Below are positions 27,618 to 36,541 of a stretch of 64,000 nt of DNA, piece by piece. The notes under the pieces are model-generated. The model did not search any database, was not told where the DNA came from, and saw only the letters and a program-made list of their open reading frames with translations. Position 1 is the first letter of the stretch, and every line of letters begins with the position of its first letter. The position numbers and the translations under genes were made by a program. Source of the DNA: an uncultured delta proteobacterium (GTDB lineage: Bacteria; Desulfobacterota; Desulfobacteria; Desulfobacterales; JAHEIW01); the NCBI GenBank assembly GCA_963706575.1, contig CAVPNL010000009.1:96001-160000 (forward strand), in the 5' to 3' direction.

Positions 27618-28931
27618 TTGGGATTAAAACCCACTAAGATAAAGACAGATTTATTAACTGCGCTGGTGGCGAATGCGGCCGGAGAAATTTTTGAGCTTGA
27701 CGGTTATGCGGCAGTCGGAATGGCCGGGGCTACGCAAATACCGCTGGCTCTGAAGAATACCCGCAATATGCCTTTTGGTAGCGAGCTCATGTACCTGCCG
27801 GACCGCAGGCCGGTTTTATTCAACCTGCATTCGGGCCGCATCGAGACGGTAACCGAGAATCCCTATGCTCCCGGCCAGCCGCTATTTCCGGTGACTGCAT
27901 TTAATTCCCCGGGCTACGTCATTTCTTATCTGGGTGCTTATGTTGAAACCCAAAAAGCGCAAGCGCTGCCGCTTTTTTCCTATGGCGCTGTGGGATGGCA
28001 CCGGGGCAAATTTCGATCCGCCGTTTTTGGTGTCGACCGGGAAAAACGGCAGGATCTGCGGTTGATGAAACCGCAGGATGTTGCTGCCGGCATCGAAAAG
28101 ATGCGCACACAGATGCCCGCCAATCGCCTCAGGACCCATCTTGAAAAATGTGCGCTGCAGTTCGGATGCCCGGCAGCCAAAAATTTCTTTCTGGGCCGCT
28201 ACGAAGCGCCATTGCCCACTGCCGAACACTGCAATGCCCGCTGCCTGGGCTGCCTGTCTTTACAGAAACACAGCGATATTCATCACAGCCAGGACCGCAT
28301 CGGATTCACGCCGTCACCGGAAGAAATTGCGGAAGTGGCGCTGGCGCATATCAAACGGGTCGACCAAAGCGTGGTCAGTTTCGGACAGGGCTGCGAAGGA
28401 GATCCGCTGCTGGCCGCCGATGTCATTGCACCGGCCGTTCGCCTGATTCGCGCTGAAACAGACCGGGGCACCATTAATATGAACACCAACGCCAGCCTGC
28501 CGCAAGCACTGCAGCAGGTGATCGATGCCGGCCTGGACAGCATTCGTATCAGCATGAACAGTGTACGCGAAAATTGCTATCATGCCTATTTTCGGCCAAA
28601 AGGTTACGGGTTTTCCGATGTCTTGAAAAGCATTGAACTGGCTGTGAGAAGCGGTCTTTTTGTTGCGGTTAATTACTTAAACTGCCCGGGATTTACGGAT
28701 ACACCCTCGGAAATAGAAGCCTTGCGCCGATTCTTGAAGCCGTACCCGATTCACATGATTCAGTGGCGCAACTTGAATTTTGATCCGCTGCGATATTATA
28801 AAATTATGAGTGACGTTGCCCCAGATGGCGCGCCCATCGGGATGAAAAATCTGCTGGAACAAATCCGGCAGGAATTCCCGCAGCTCAAATTCGGCTACTT
28901 CAACCCGCCCAAGGAGAAATTTGGAAATTAG
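27618..28931 (+). CDS. Radical SAM protein of unknown function
   Basis: CNARCLGC (CX3CX2C), SFGQGCEGDP, NTNAS and LDSIRISMNS. Confidence 0.88.
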   Translation: MGLKPTKIKTDLLTALVANAAGEIFELDGYAAVGMAGATQIPLALKNTRNMPFGSELMYLPDRRPVLFNLHSGRIETVTENPYAPGQPLFPVTAFNSPGYVISYLGAYVETQKAQALPLFSYGAVGWHRGKFRSAVFGVDREKRQDLRLMKPQDVAAGIEKMRTQMPANRLRTHLEKCALQFGCPAAKNFFLGRYEAPLPTAEHCNARCLGCLSLQKHSDIHHSQDRIGFTPSPEEIAEVALAHIKRVDQSVVSFGQGCEGDPLLAADVIAPAVRLIRAETDRGTINMNTNASLPQALQQVIDAGLDSIRISMNSVRENCYHAYFRPKGYGFSDVLKSIELAVRSGLFVAVNYLNCPGFTDTPSEIEALRRFLKPYPIHMIQWRNLNFDPLRYYKIMSDVAPDGAPIGMKNLLEQIRQEFPQLKFGYFNPPKEKFGN

Positions 28932-28958
28932 CCACAGACTTATACATCAAACTGAGTT

Positions 28959-29137
28959 AGGTTTCAGGTGTCAATTCCAGGGTTCAGCGTATATGGGCTT
29001 GTTAGATTAGTTTTATTAGTTCCATTGGTTGAATTAGTTGGTTAAAACCGAACCAATTGAACAAATTAAACCAATCAAACCAATTAAACAAATGTAACGC
29101 CTGGATCCGGACTGACACCCGAAACCTGACACCTGAA
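28959..29137. repeat. Nested element: TTCAGGTGTCA / TGACACCTGAA outer arms around a nonamer (ATTGGTT / AACCAAT) inverted array
   Basis: Perfect 11-bp outer inverted repeat at 28963-28973 and 29127-29137; inner arrays at about 29002-29093. Confidence 0.8.
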
Positions 29138-29139
29138 TT

Positions 29140-30063
29140 ATGAAATGGATTGAAGCCAAAGTTGTTTTTGGTGCCGATGACAACCCCTTTGCGGGCGAGC
29201 TCATTGCCAACCTGTTTTTTGAATTCGACCTGCAGGGTGTGGTTGAAGAAGACCCGACAATAGAGCCGGCCGAGGACTGGGCTGAGGATTCGATCGGTCG
29301 TGCGCAGCAGCATGCGGTTATCGGCTATTTTCCTAAGGACCGGCAGGCCAAAAAGCGTTGCAGGGTTCTGGAAGAAAAACTGGCCGTTTTAAAAGAGAAT
29401 TCCGGGCTGCTATATCGGGTCAGTTATAAAGAACTGGATGAGGAAGACTGGGCCGAGGCCTGGAAGGTTTTTTTTGAGCCCCAAAAAATCGGAAAAAAAA
29501 TTGTTGTCAAACCCACCTGGTGCGAGTATGAAGCGGATCCCGACGATATTGTGCTGGAGCTGGATCCCGGCATGGCCTTTGGCACAGGTACCCACCCGAC
29601 CACGGCCCTATGTATTCGTCTGATTGAAGAATATCTCCATAAAGGAGATTCGGTTTTAGATATCGGTACCGGCTCCGGGATATTAATGCTGGCAGCGGCC
29701 AAACTTGGCGCCGGAGTTGTTTGCGGCCTTGATAAAAATGAAATGGCTGTTAAAATTGCTCAAGCAAACCTGCGTCTGAACGGGATCGCGCCCCAGAGGT
29801 TTTCCGTAAAAGAGGGCAACCTCGTTGCCGGAGTTGAAGAACAGTACGATTTGGTTGTGGCCAATATTTTGACCCAGGTGATCTATAACTTGCTGGAGGA
29901 TATTGAAAAGATCCTCAATGACAAGGCCATTTTTATTTGCTCAGGGATCCTCGAAAAAAACGAAAACCTGGTAATTGCCAGAATGAAAACCATTGGATTT
30001 GATATTCTTGACCTATGCATAAAAGATCAGTGGGTGGCGATCGCCGGACGATATCGGGCGTAG
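29140..30063 (+). CDS. prmA: Ribosomal protein L11 methyltransferase
   Basis: MKWIE, EEDWAEAWK, LDPGMAFGTGTHPTT, VLDIGTGSGIL and VVANIL. Confidence 0.95.
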   Translation: MKWIEAKVVFGADDNPFAGELIANLFFEFDLQGVVEEDPTIEPAEDWAEDSIGRAQQHAVIGYFPKDRQAKKRCRVLEEKLAVLKENSGLLYRVSYKELDEEDWAEAWKVFFEPQKIGKKIVVKPTWCEYEADPDDIVLELDPGMAFGTGTHPTTALCIRLIEEYLHKGDSVLDIGTGSGILMLAAAKLGAGVVCGLDKNEMAVKIAQANLRLNGIAPQRFSVKEGNLVAGVEEQYDLVVANILTQVIYNLLEDIEKILNDKAIFICSGILEKNENLVIARMKTIGFDILDLCIKDQWVAIAGRYRA

Positions 30064-30121
30064 AGCATGGGGCATGGCGCATATTGAAGGACACTTGGCC
30101 AAATATCGGGAAAAATCGTGA

Positions 30122-30799
30122 ATGAGGATACTTCTAGTAGAAGATGACATCAAAATCGCATCCTTCATCATCAAGGGTTTAAAAGCCGAAGGATTTGCCG
30201 TGGACCATGAAGCCAACGGCGAAGACGGTTTGCACCTGGCTTTAACCGAGCCTTACGATGCCGCAATTATCGATGTTATGCTGCCGAAATTGGATGGGCT
30301 GAAATTGATTGAAAGGCTGCGCCATGAGAAACTGAAGACGCCCGTCATTATTTTAAGTGCCAAGGGGGAAGTTGATGATCGGGTAAAAGGGCTGCAGACC
30401 GGTGCGGATGACTATCTGACAAAACCGTTCGCCTTTTCCGAATTGCTGGCGCGCCTGCAGGCTCTGATTCGGCGCAGCAGTGATGCTGCTGAGCCGACCA
30501 AACTGACATTCGCGGACATCAGCATGAATCTCATTACCCGGGAAGTTGTGCGTGCCGGCAAAAAAATCGATCTGCAGCCGCTGGAATTTTCTTTGCTGGA
30601 GTATCTTTTGCGCAATGCCGGCAGGGTGGTTTCCAAAACCATGATTATGGAACATGTCTGGGATTATTATTTTGATCCCCAGACGAATGTTGTGGAGTCT
30701 CGAATTTACAAACTGCGCGAAAAAATTGACAAAGGATTTCCCGCCAGGCTGATTCATACGGTGCGCGGAGTGGGCTATGCTCTTAAAGAAAATAAATAG
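30122..30799 (+). CDS. OmpR/PhoB-family response regulator (CusR/CzcR-like)
   Basis: ILLVEDD, IDVMLP, GADDYLTKPF, wHTH and IHTVRGVGY. Confidence 0.95.
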   Translation: MRILLVEDDIKIASFIIKGLKAEGFAVDHEANGEDGLHLALTEPYDAAIIDVMLPKLDGLKLIERLRHEKLKTPVIILSAKGEVDDRVKGLQTGADDYLTKPFAFSELLARLQALIRRSSDAAEPTKLTFADISMNLITREVVRAGKKIDLQPLEFSLLEYLLRNAGRVVSKTMIMEHVWDYYFDPQTNVVESRIYKLREKIDKGFPARLIHTVRGVGYALKENK

Positions 30800-32189
30800 T
30801 ATCCGTCATACCCTGGCCTTCCGCCTGACCTTGTGGTACGCGGGTATCTTCATGTTGACCTCCTGTGTGGCCTTTCTCTTTTTCTATTTTTTGATTACTT
30901 CTGTTATCCGGGATCGCACCGATCAGGACCTGCTGGGGGAGGCCCGAACCCTGTCTTCGATTCTCAAGGTGCAGGGCATGAAAGCCGTCAAGCGCCAGAT
31001 CATTTTTGAGGCCCAGGCTGCCGGCGAAAAAAAGATTTTTTTCCGTTTACTTTCACTAGACGGTCAGGAATTTTCTTCTTCCAATATGTCATATTGGCGC
31101 GATATCGGCGTTGGAAAGGCGGCGATCGAGCAACTGATCGGTGAAAATCGACCGGTTTTTAATACGGTCAGCCTGCCGGACCGCAAACATAACATCCGCG
31201 TACTTTATACCATTGTCGGCCGCAACATTATTCTGCAGCTGGGCCAATCCATGGAAAATTATACCCGCTTTATAGAAGCCTTTCGCAAAATATTTGTCAC
31301 CACCATGGCTTCATTATTTGTCTTTGCCGCCATTATCGGATGGTTTATGGCCCGCAGGGCCCTGGCGGGTGTTGAAGCGGTTACGCGGACTGCGCGGCAG
31401 ATATCGGAGAGCAGCCTCAAAGAGCGGGTACCGGTAAAAAAACATCAGGACGAAATCGATCAACTGGCCATCACCTTTAACCAGATGCTGGACCGTATTC
31501 AAACCCTGGTCACCGGTATCAGGGAAATGAGCGACAATATTGCCCATGACCTTAAAAGCCCGATCACTCGAATCCGGGGGATCTCCGAAGTTTCCCTGAC
31601 CACCGGCACCTCTGAAAAAGAATATGAAAACATGGCCGCCAGCACCGTCGAAGAGTGTGACCGGCTGCTGGATATGATTAACACCATGCTGGTTATTTCC
31701 AAGACCGAAGCCGGTGTCAACAAACTGGATGCCAAAGAACTGGACATTGGCGCAGTGGTGCGTGATGCCTGTGAACTGTTCCAGTCGCCGGCAGAAGATA
31801 AAGAGATAAGACTGGTTTGTGATGTTCGCGGCAATTTCGGCATTTCCGGCGACAATCGAATGATTCAAAGAATGATCGCCAACCTGCTCGATAATGCCAT
31901 CAAATATACACCCGCCGGCGGAAGCATTGAAGTGACGATCAACACCGGAACCAATGATGCGGTTGCCATTGCGGTCAAAGATACCGGTGTCGGCATTTCT
32001 GAAGAAGATATGCCGCGCATTTTTGAGCGTTTTTATCGCTGTGATCCCAGCCGTTCAGAGGCCGGCATCGGTCTGGGGCTGAGCTTTGCCAGAGCCATTG
32101 CCCGGGCCCATGGCGGCGATATCTCCGTTTTCAGCAAACCGGGTAAAGGCAGCACATTTATCGTAACGCTCCCCGGTGCTGGTTTCTGA
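30777..32189 (+). CDS. Sensor histidine kinase (2 TM, HAMP, HisKA, HATPase)
   Basis: DEIDQLAITFNQML, IAHDLKSPIT, NLLDNAIKYT, DTGVGI and GLGLS. Confidence 0.95.
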   Translation: MLLKKINSIRHTLAFRLTLWYAGIFMLTSCVAFLFFYFLITSVIRDRTDQDLLGEARTLSSILKVQGMKAVKRQIIFEAQAAGEKKIFFRLLSLDGQEFSSSNMSYWRDIGVGKAAIEQLIGENRPVFNTVSLPDRKHNIRVLYTIVGRNIILQLGQSMENYTRFIEAFRKIFVTTMASLFVFAAIIGWFMARRALAGVEAVTRTARQISESSLKERVPVKKHQDEIDQLAITFNQMLDRIQTLVTGIREMSDNIAHDLKSPITRIRGISEVSLTTGTSEKEYENMAASTVEECDRLLDMINTMLVISKTEAGVNKLDAKELDIGAVVRDACELFQSPAEDKEIRLVCDVRGNFGISGDNRMIQRMIANLLDNAIKYTPAGGSIEVTINTGTNDAVAIAVKDTGVGISEEDMPRIFERFYRCDPSRSEAGIGLGLSFARAIARAHGGDISVFSKPGKGSTFIVTLPGAGF

Positions 32190-32259
32190 TTTGAAACGGT
32201 AATTTTCACAAAGATTAACCCATAAATATGCTCTCTGATGGAGAATGGAGGCAGGCCCA

Positions 32260-33951
32260 ATGCCCGACTCAACGAAATCATTTAATCCGGATCGCATTAA
32301 AAAGAATAAAACAGCGAAAAAAAAATCACAGGACCAGCCCGCCGGCGCGCGAAAAGAGCCGTCGGTCACCCTGCAGACCGCTTCCGGCATTCCACTTAAA
32401 CCGTTGTACACACCGGAGGATATTTCCGACCTGGATTATAATCGACAGATAGGGCTTCCCGGCCAGGAACCGTTTGTGCGCGGTGTTTACTCCAGCATGT
32501 ACCGGGGGCGCAGTTGGACGCTGCGGCAGCTGGCCGGATTCGGCCCGGCGGAGGAAACCAACAAGCGCTATAAATTTCTGCTTAAAGAAGGCGCAACCGG
32601 TATTAACGGGGTTTTTGATTATCCGACCCTGAGGGGATTTGATTCCACCGATCCCATCGCCCGCGCAGATGCCGGGCGAGGCGGTGTTGCCATCGATACG
32701 CTGGCGGACATGCAGACCTTATTTGATGGGATCCCCATCGAAACCACCAGCACATCTCTGGTGACCTGTCAGCCGATTTGCAACATTAGCGTGCAATCCA
32801 TGTACTTTGCCCATGCCCAGATTAGCGGTGTTCCCCTGGATCGACTCAGTGGCACGAGTCAAAACGATTTTTTGATGGAAACCGCCATCACGGATGCCCC
32901 GGAAGTTTTACCCCCCAGGTATTCTTTTAAGTTAAGCTGTGATGCCATCGAATATTGCACCCGTCATGTGCCGCGCTGGAATCCCGTTAGTTTTTCGGGC
33001 TACAATTACCGGGAGTCCGGCTGCACGGCCATCCAGGAAGTCGCCTTTGTTATTGCCAATGCCGTTGCCTGTTGCCAGGAACTCCTGCGGCGCGGGTTCG
33101 AGATTGATAGCTTTGCGCCCCGTTTAAGCTTTTTCCTTTCGGCCCATAACGATTTTTTTGAGGAAATTGCAAAATACCGGGCGGCCCGCAGAATATGGTG
33201 CCGGATAATGAAGGACCGTTTTGCGGCCAAAGACCCGCGCTCGTTGAAATTCAGATACCACGTTCAAACTGCCGGTGTCGCTTTGACGGCGCAACAACCG
33301 TTAAACAACATCGCCAGGGCGGCATATCATGGACTGGCAGCGGTATTAGGCGGAGCACAATCCTTACATATCGACGGATATGATGAGGCGCTGTGCACAC
33401 CGACCGAACTATCGGCACTTACCGCCTTGAGAACAAATCAGATTCTGCAATTGGAAACAGGCGTAACCCGTACCATCGATCCTTTAGGCGGATCCTATTT
33501 TGTAGAATCACTGACCAATCAACTGGAAGAAAAAATTTTGGAGCTGCTGGAAGAAATTGAACAAATGGGCGGTGTGGTGCGGGCTGTGGAAACCGGCTGG
33601 ATCCACCGGGAGATTTCAGATGCGGCCTTTGAATACCAACAGGCGATTGAATCCGGAAAATTGCCGGTTGTGGGATTAAACTGTCAACAGGTGGTGGAAG
33701 AAAAGCTGCCCATGGATCTTTTTGAAGTACCCGAAACACTGCGCATACAGGAAGAAAAGCTGGAAAAAATTAAGAAAGAGCGAAATCCGGATCAGGTTCG
33801 GCTTGGACTGGATGCGATTGAAGACTGTTGCCGTAAAGACGGAAATTTGATGGAAATCATCATAGAATCAGCTAAATCTTACGTAACCGTGGGGGAAATA
33901 TCCCGGACCCTTAAAGATTGTTATGGCACCTGGAATATGCCGCTTTTCTAG
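32260..33951 (+). CDS. Coenzyme B12-dependent acyl-CoA mutase, large (substrate-binding) subunit, atypical
   Basis: PFVRGVYSSMYRGRSWTLRQLAGFG, FAPRLSFF, EIAKYRAARR, HVQTAG and DPLGGSYFVE; alternative start 32245. Confidence 0.93.
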   Translation: MPDSTKSFNPDRIKKNKTAKKKSQDQPAGARKEPSVTLQTASGIPLKPLYTPEDISDLDYNRQIGLPGQEPFVRGVYSSMYRGRSWTLRQLAGFGPAEETNKRYKFLLKEGATGINGVFDYPTLRGFDSTDPIARADAGRGGVAIDTLADMQTLFDGIPIETTSTSLVTCQPICNISVQSMYFAHAQISGVPLDRLSGTSQNDFLMETAITDAPEVLPPRYSFKLSCDAIEYCTRHVPRWNPVSFSGYNYRESGCTAIQEVAFVIANAVACCQELLRRGFEIDSFAPRLSFFLSAHNDFFEEIAKYRAARRIWCRIMKDRFAAKDPRSLKFRYHVQTAGVALTAQQPLNNIARAAYHGLAAVLGGAQSLHIDGYDEALCTPTELSALTALRTNQILQLETGVTRTIDPLGGSYFVESLTNQLEEKILELLEEIEQMGGVVRAVETGWIHREISDAAFEYQQAIESGKLPVVGLNCQQVVEEKLPMDLFEVPETLRIQEEKLEKIKKERNPDQVRLGLDAIEDCCRKDGNLMEIIIESAKSYVTVGEISRTLKDCYGTWNMPLF

Positions 33952-33954
33952 TTA

Positions 33955-34086
33955 GCCGGCATCCTAAGACTCCCTCTCCCTTGAGGGAGAGGGCCGGGGT
34001 GAGGGAGTAACCTGCTGATCTGATACCCCCTCACCTAACCTCTCCCCCTGAAGGGGGAGAGGAAATGGTATTTTCGGATGGGCACT
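33955..34086. repeat. CCCTCTCCC / GGGAGAGGG REP-like double hairpin with degenerate terminal inverted repeats
   Basis: CCCTCTCCC-ttga-GGGAGAGGG ccGGGGTGAGGG ... CCCCCTCACC taa CCTCTCCCCC-tgaa-GGGGGAGAGG; right end attttcggatgggcact. Confidence 0.75.
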
Positions 34087-34112
34087 GATTATATTATAAA
34101 AAGGAAACAATA

Positions 34113-34499
34113 ATGTCGAAGCGAATTCGAGTTCTGATTGCGCGTCTTGGAATGGATGCCCACTGGCGGGGCAGTATTATGGTGGCCCGTGCGTTACGCG
34201 ATGCCGGTATGGAAGTTATCTATTTGGGAAACCAGCTGCCGCAAGAAATTGTGGAGGCGGCCATCCAGGAGGATGCCGATGTCGTCGGAATCAGCACGCT
34301 TTCCGGAAATCATATGATTTTAGCCCCTGAAGTCGTCAAACAACTCAATGCAAAGGGGGCCAATGATAAAGTTGTGGTTCTCGGCGGCACGATACCCCCG
34401 GATGACATTCCTAAACTCAAAGATGCCGGCATTGGCGAGGTCTTCGGCCCCGGGACACCGATTGAAAAAATCATCGGCTTTATTACCGCTTCATCCTAG
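34113..34499 (+). CDS. Acyl-CoA mutase small (cobalamin-binding) subunit
   Basis: GMDAHWRG (DxHxxG), LRDAGMEVIYLG, AIQEDADVVGIS, LGGTIP and FGPGT. Confidence 0.95.
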   Translation: MSKRIRVLIARLGMDAHWRGSIMVARALRDAGMEVIYLGNQLPQEIVEAAIQEDADVVGISTLSGNHMILAPEVVKQLNAKGANDKVVVLGGTIPPDDIPKLKDAGIGEVFGPGTPIEKIIGFITASS

Positions 34500-34540
34500 C
34501 GTTGTGTCCCACGAAAAAGTTACAGAAGGTGTGTGATCTA

Positions 34541-34656
34541 TTTTCAGAGGACAGACGACAGAAGACAGATGGGAAGTAGGATCGGCCTCCGTGCCGACCT
34601 CTGAATGGCGGGCACAGAGGCCCGCCCTGCATCTGAACGCTGACACCTCAAAACCT
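34541..34656. repeat. AxGACAG heptamers plus a GTAG-REP (34576-34630) and a CTGACAC arm
   Basis: aggacag acgacag aagacag ... GTAGGATCGGCCTCCGTGCCGACC...GGCGGGCACAGAGGCCCGCCCTGC; near-copy of 5778-5832. Confidence 0.8.
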
Positions 34657-34735
34657 AATATTGTAAATTGCTTGCGGGACAACAGCACTAGCCCTCCCAA
34701 ATCCCCCAACACAGCTCAGGCACTACTCTCACCAA

Positions 34736-34777
34736 CTTAACCTTTTGGTCATCTTCAGGTCATCTTGCGGCCATCTG
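34736..34777 (+). promoter_or_regulatory. Direct repeats with 11-bp period upstream of degQ (putative OmpR-type regulator site)
   Basis: GGTCATCTT at 34747 and 34758, GGCCATCT at 34769, and a weaker unit at 34736. Confidence 0.5.
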
Positions 34778-34844
34778 TGTGCACTAATGTAGATATCGAA
34801 CATCGCGCAATATATGTTTTCGTAAACTTTAGGGAGGTATTATC

Positions 34845-36308
34845 ATGAAAAGAAAACCATTCAGAAAACTCAGTTTAGCAATCATGATTTTGGCGTTAAC
34901 CGGATTCATATGGGGATGTGGCCTTGAAAATGAGCTCGAGGCCAAGGGCATGCCCGAAATTGAATCCAAGACCATGATGGTTCCGGTCAATTTCAGTGAA
35001 CTGGCTCAAAAAGTTCGTGACGGCGTGGTCAATATTCGAACCGTCAAGACCATGAAAGGCGGCGGACCTGTTTTTAAACATTTCTTCGGAAATCCATTCG
35101 GGCAAAAAAATCCTTTTGGCGACCAGGATCGTTTCCGCGATTTTTTCGGACCGCATCATGATGAAGGCCCTGCGCCGGATTTCAAACAGCGAAGCCTGGG
35201 TTCCGGGTTTATCATTGATAAAGACGGCTATATCGTCACCAACAACCACGTAATCGAAAATGCCGATCAGATTAAAGTCAAGCTGGCGGATGAACGGGAG
35301 TTTGAAGCCGAGCTGGTAGGCCGCGATCCCAATACGGATCTGGCGCTTATCCGCATAAAAGACGCTTCGGACCTGGTTCCCCTGAAACTGGGAGATTCAG
35401 ATGCGCTTTCAGTTGGCAGCTGGGTGATGGCTGTTGGCAGCCCCTTCGGGCTGGAACAGACGGTAACCGCGGGGATCGTCAGCGCCAAGGGCCGCGCGCT
35501 GGGTTCCGGACCTTACGACGATTTCATCCAGACCGATGCGTCCATTAATCCCGGAAACAGCGGCGGACCGCTTTTGAATATGAACGGCGAGGTCGTCGGT
35601 ATCAACACCGCCATCGTGGCCAACGGCCAGGGCATCGGTTTTGCCATACCCGTCAGTATGGCCCAGGGCATTGTTAAGCAGCTCCAGGCGCATGGCTCCG
35701 TTACCCGCGGCTGGCTGGGCGTCAGCATTCAGGACCTGTCACCGGAATTAGCAGAATATTACGGAATCAAAGACCAAAAAGGCGTTCTGGTGGCGCAGGT
35801 TTTTGAAGGCGACCCTGCTGATAAAGCCGGAATTAAAGCCAATGACGTGATTGTTGAAGTTGACGGCAAATCCATCGACTCCAGTCGCGATCTGACCAGA
35901 ACGATTGCCGATATAGCGGTGGGCAAAAAGACGACCGTAACGCTCCTGAGGGACGGCAAGGAGAAAACGGTAAATGTCAAAATCGCTAAACGCGGTGATG
36001 CTGAACCATTGGCTCAGCGTAAGTCGGAAGATAGCGAAAAGCTCGGGATTCGGATTGCAGAGGCCACACCGGAAACAGCCAAACGTTTCGGTCATTCGGA
36101 AACCGAAAAAGGCGTACTGGTTGTCGGTGTCGAGCCCGGCAGTAAAGCAGATGAGGCCGGCGTTCGCCAGGGGGATCTGGTCAAAGAGGTGAATCGCAAA
36201 CCGGTTAGCAGCGTTTCCGAATTACGTTCGGAAGTTGAAAAAGACAATGAAGTTCAGCTGTTGGTTAAGAGACCGAATGCCGGTTTTGTGGTAATTAAAA
36301 TAAGCTAA
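34845..36308 (+). CDS. degQ: HtrA/DegP/DegQ serine endoprotease with two PDZ domains
   Basis: [31 protein letters not shown] and RGWLGV; lipoprotein-like signal. Confidence 0.93.
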   Translation: MKRKPFRKLSLAIMILALTGFIWGCGLENELEAKGMPEIESKTMMVPVNFSELAQKVRDGVVNIRTVKTMKGGGPVFKHFFGNPFGQKNPFGDQDRFRDFFGPHHDEGPAPDFKQRSLGSGFIIDKDGYIVTNNHVIENADQIKVKLADEREFEAELVGRDPNTDLALIRIKDASDLVPLKLGDSDALSVGSWVMAVGSPFGLEQTVTAGIVSAKGRALGSGPYDDFIQTDASINPGNSGGPLLNMNGEVVGINTAIVANGQGIGFAIPVSMAQGIVKQLQAHGSVTRGWLGVSIQDLSPELAEYYGIKDQKGVLVAQVFEGDPADKAGIKANDVIVEVDGKSIDSSRDLTRTIADIAVGKKTTVTLLRDGKEKTVNVKIAKRGDAEPLAQRKSEDSEKLGIRIAEATPETAKRFGHSETEKGVLVVGVEPGSKADEAGVRQGDLVKEVNRKPVSSVSELRSEVEKDNEVQLLVKRPNAGFVVIKIS

Positions 36309-36327
36309 ACAAAATTTAACGTTAACC

Positions 36328-36363
36328 GCAGGTGCACCGTGGCAATTTGCCAGGTGCATCTGC
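36328..36363. terminator. Hairpin after degQ
   Basis: GCAGGTGCACC-gtggcaatttgcca-GGTGCATCTGC. Confidence 0.45.
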
Positions 36364-36395
36364 CGTAAAATGTCATGAGCAAGGCAGCCGAATGT

Positions 36396-36512
36396 TCAAC
36401 TACCTGCATCGGGCGACACCATTTTGGTTGGCCAATTGACCAGCAAAACACCGATTAAAACCGCCACGAAACCCTCGATAAAAACCGGCGTCAGTTTTTC
36501 AGCGCTAAAGGC
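36396..36512 (-). pseudogene. Remnant resembling the C-terminal helix of a DMT/EamA transporter
   Basis: Manual translation: AFSAEKLTPVFIEGFVAVLIGVLLVNWPTKMVSPDAGS*. Confidence 0.4.
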
Positions 36513-36541
36513 TGCAGAATTTCCAATAAAATTACGATCCA

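Noticed and set aside
29002..29313. 103-aa ORF with FNWFDWFNLFNWF repeats
   Set aside because: Translation of the nonamer array plus antisense prmA; not a gene
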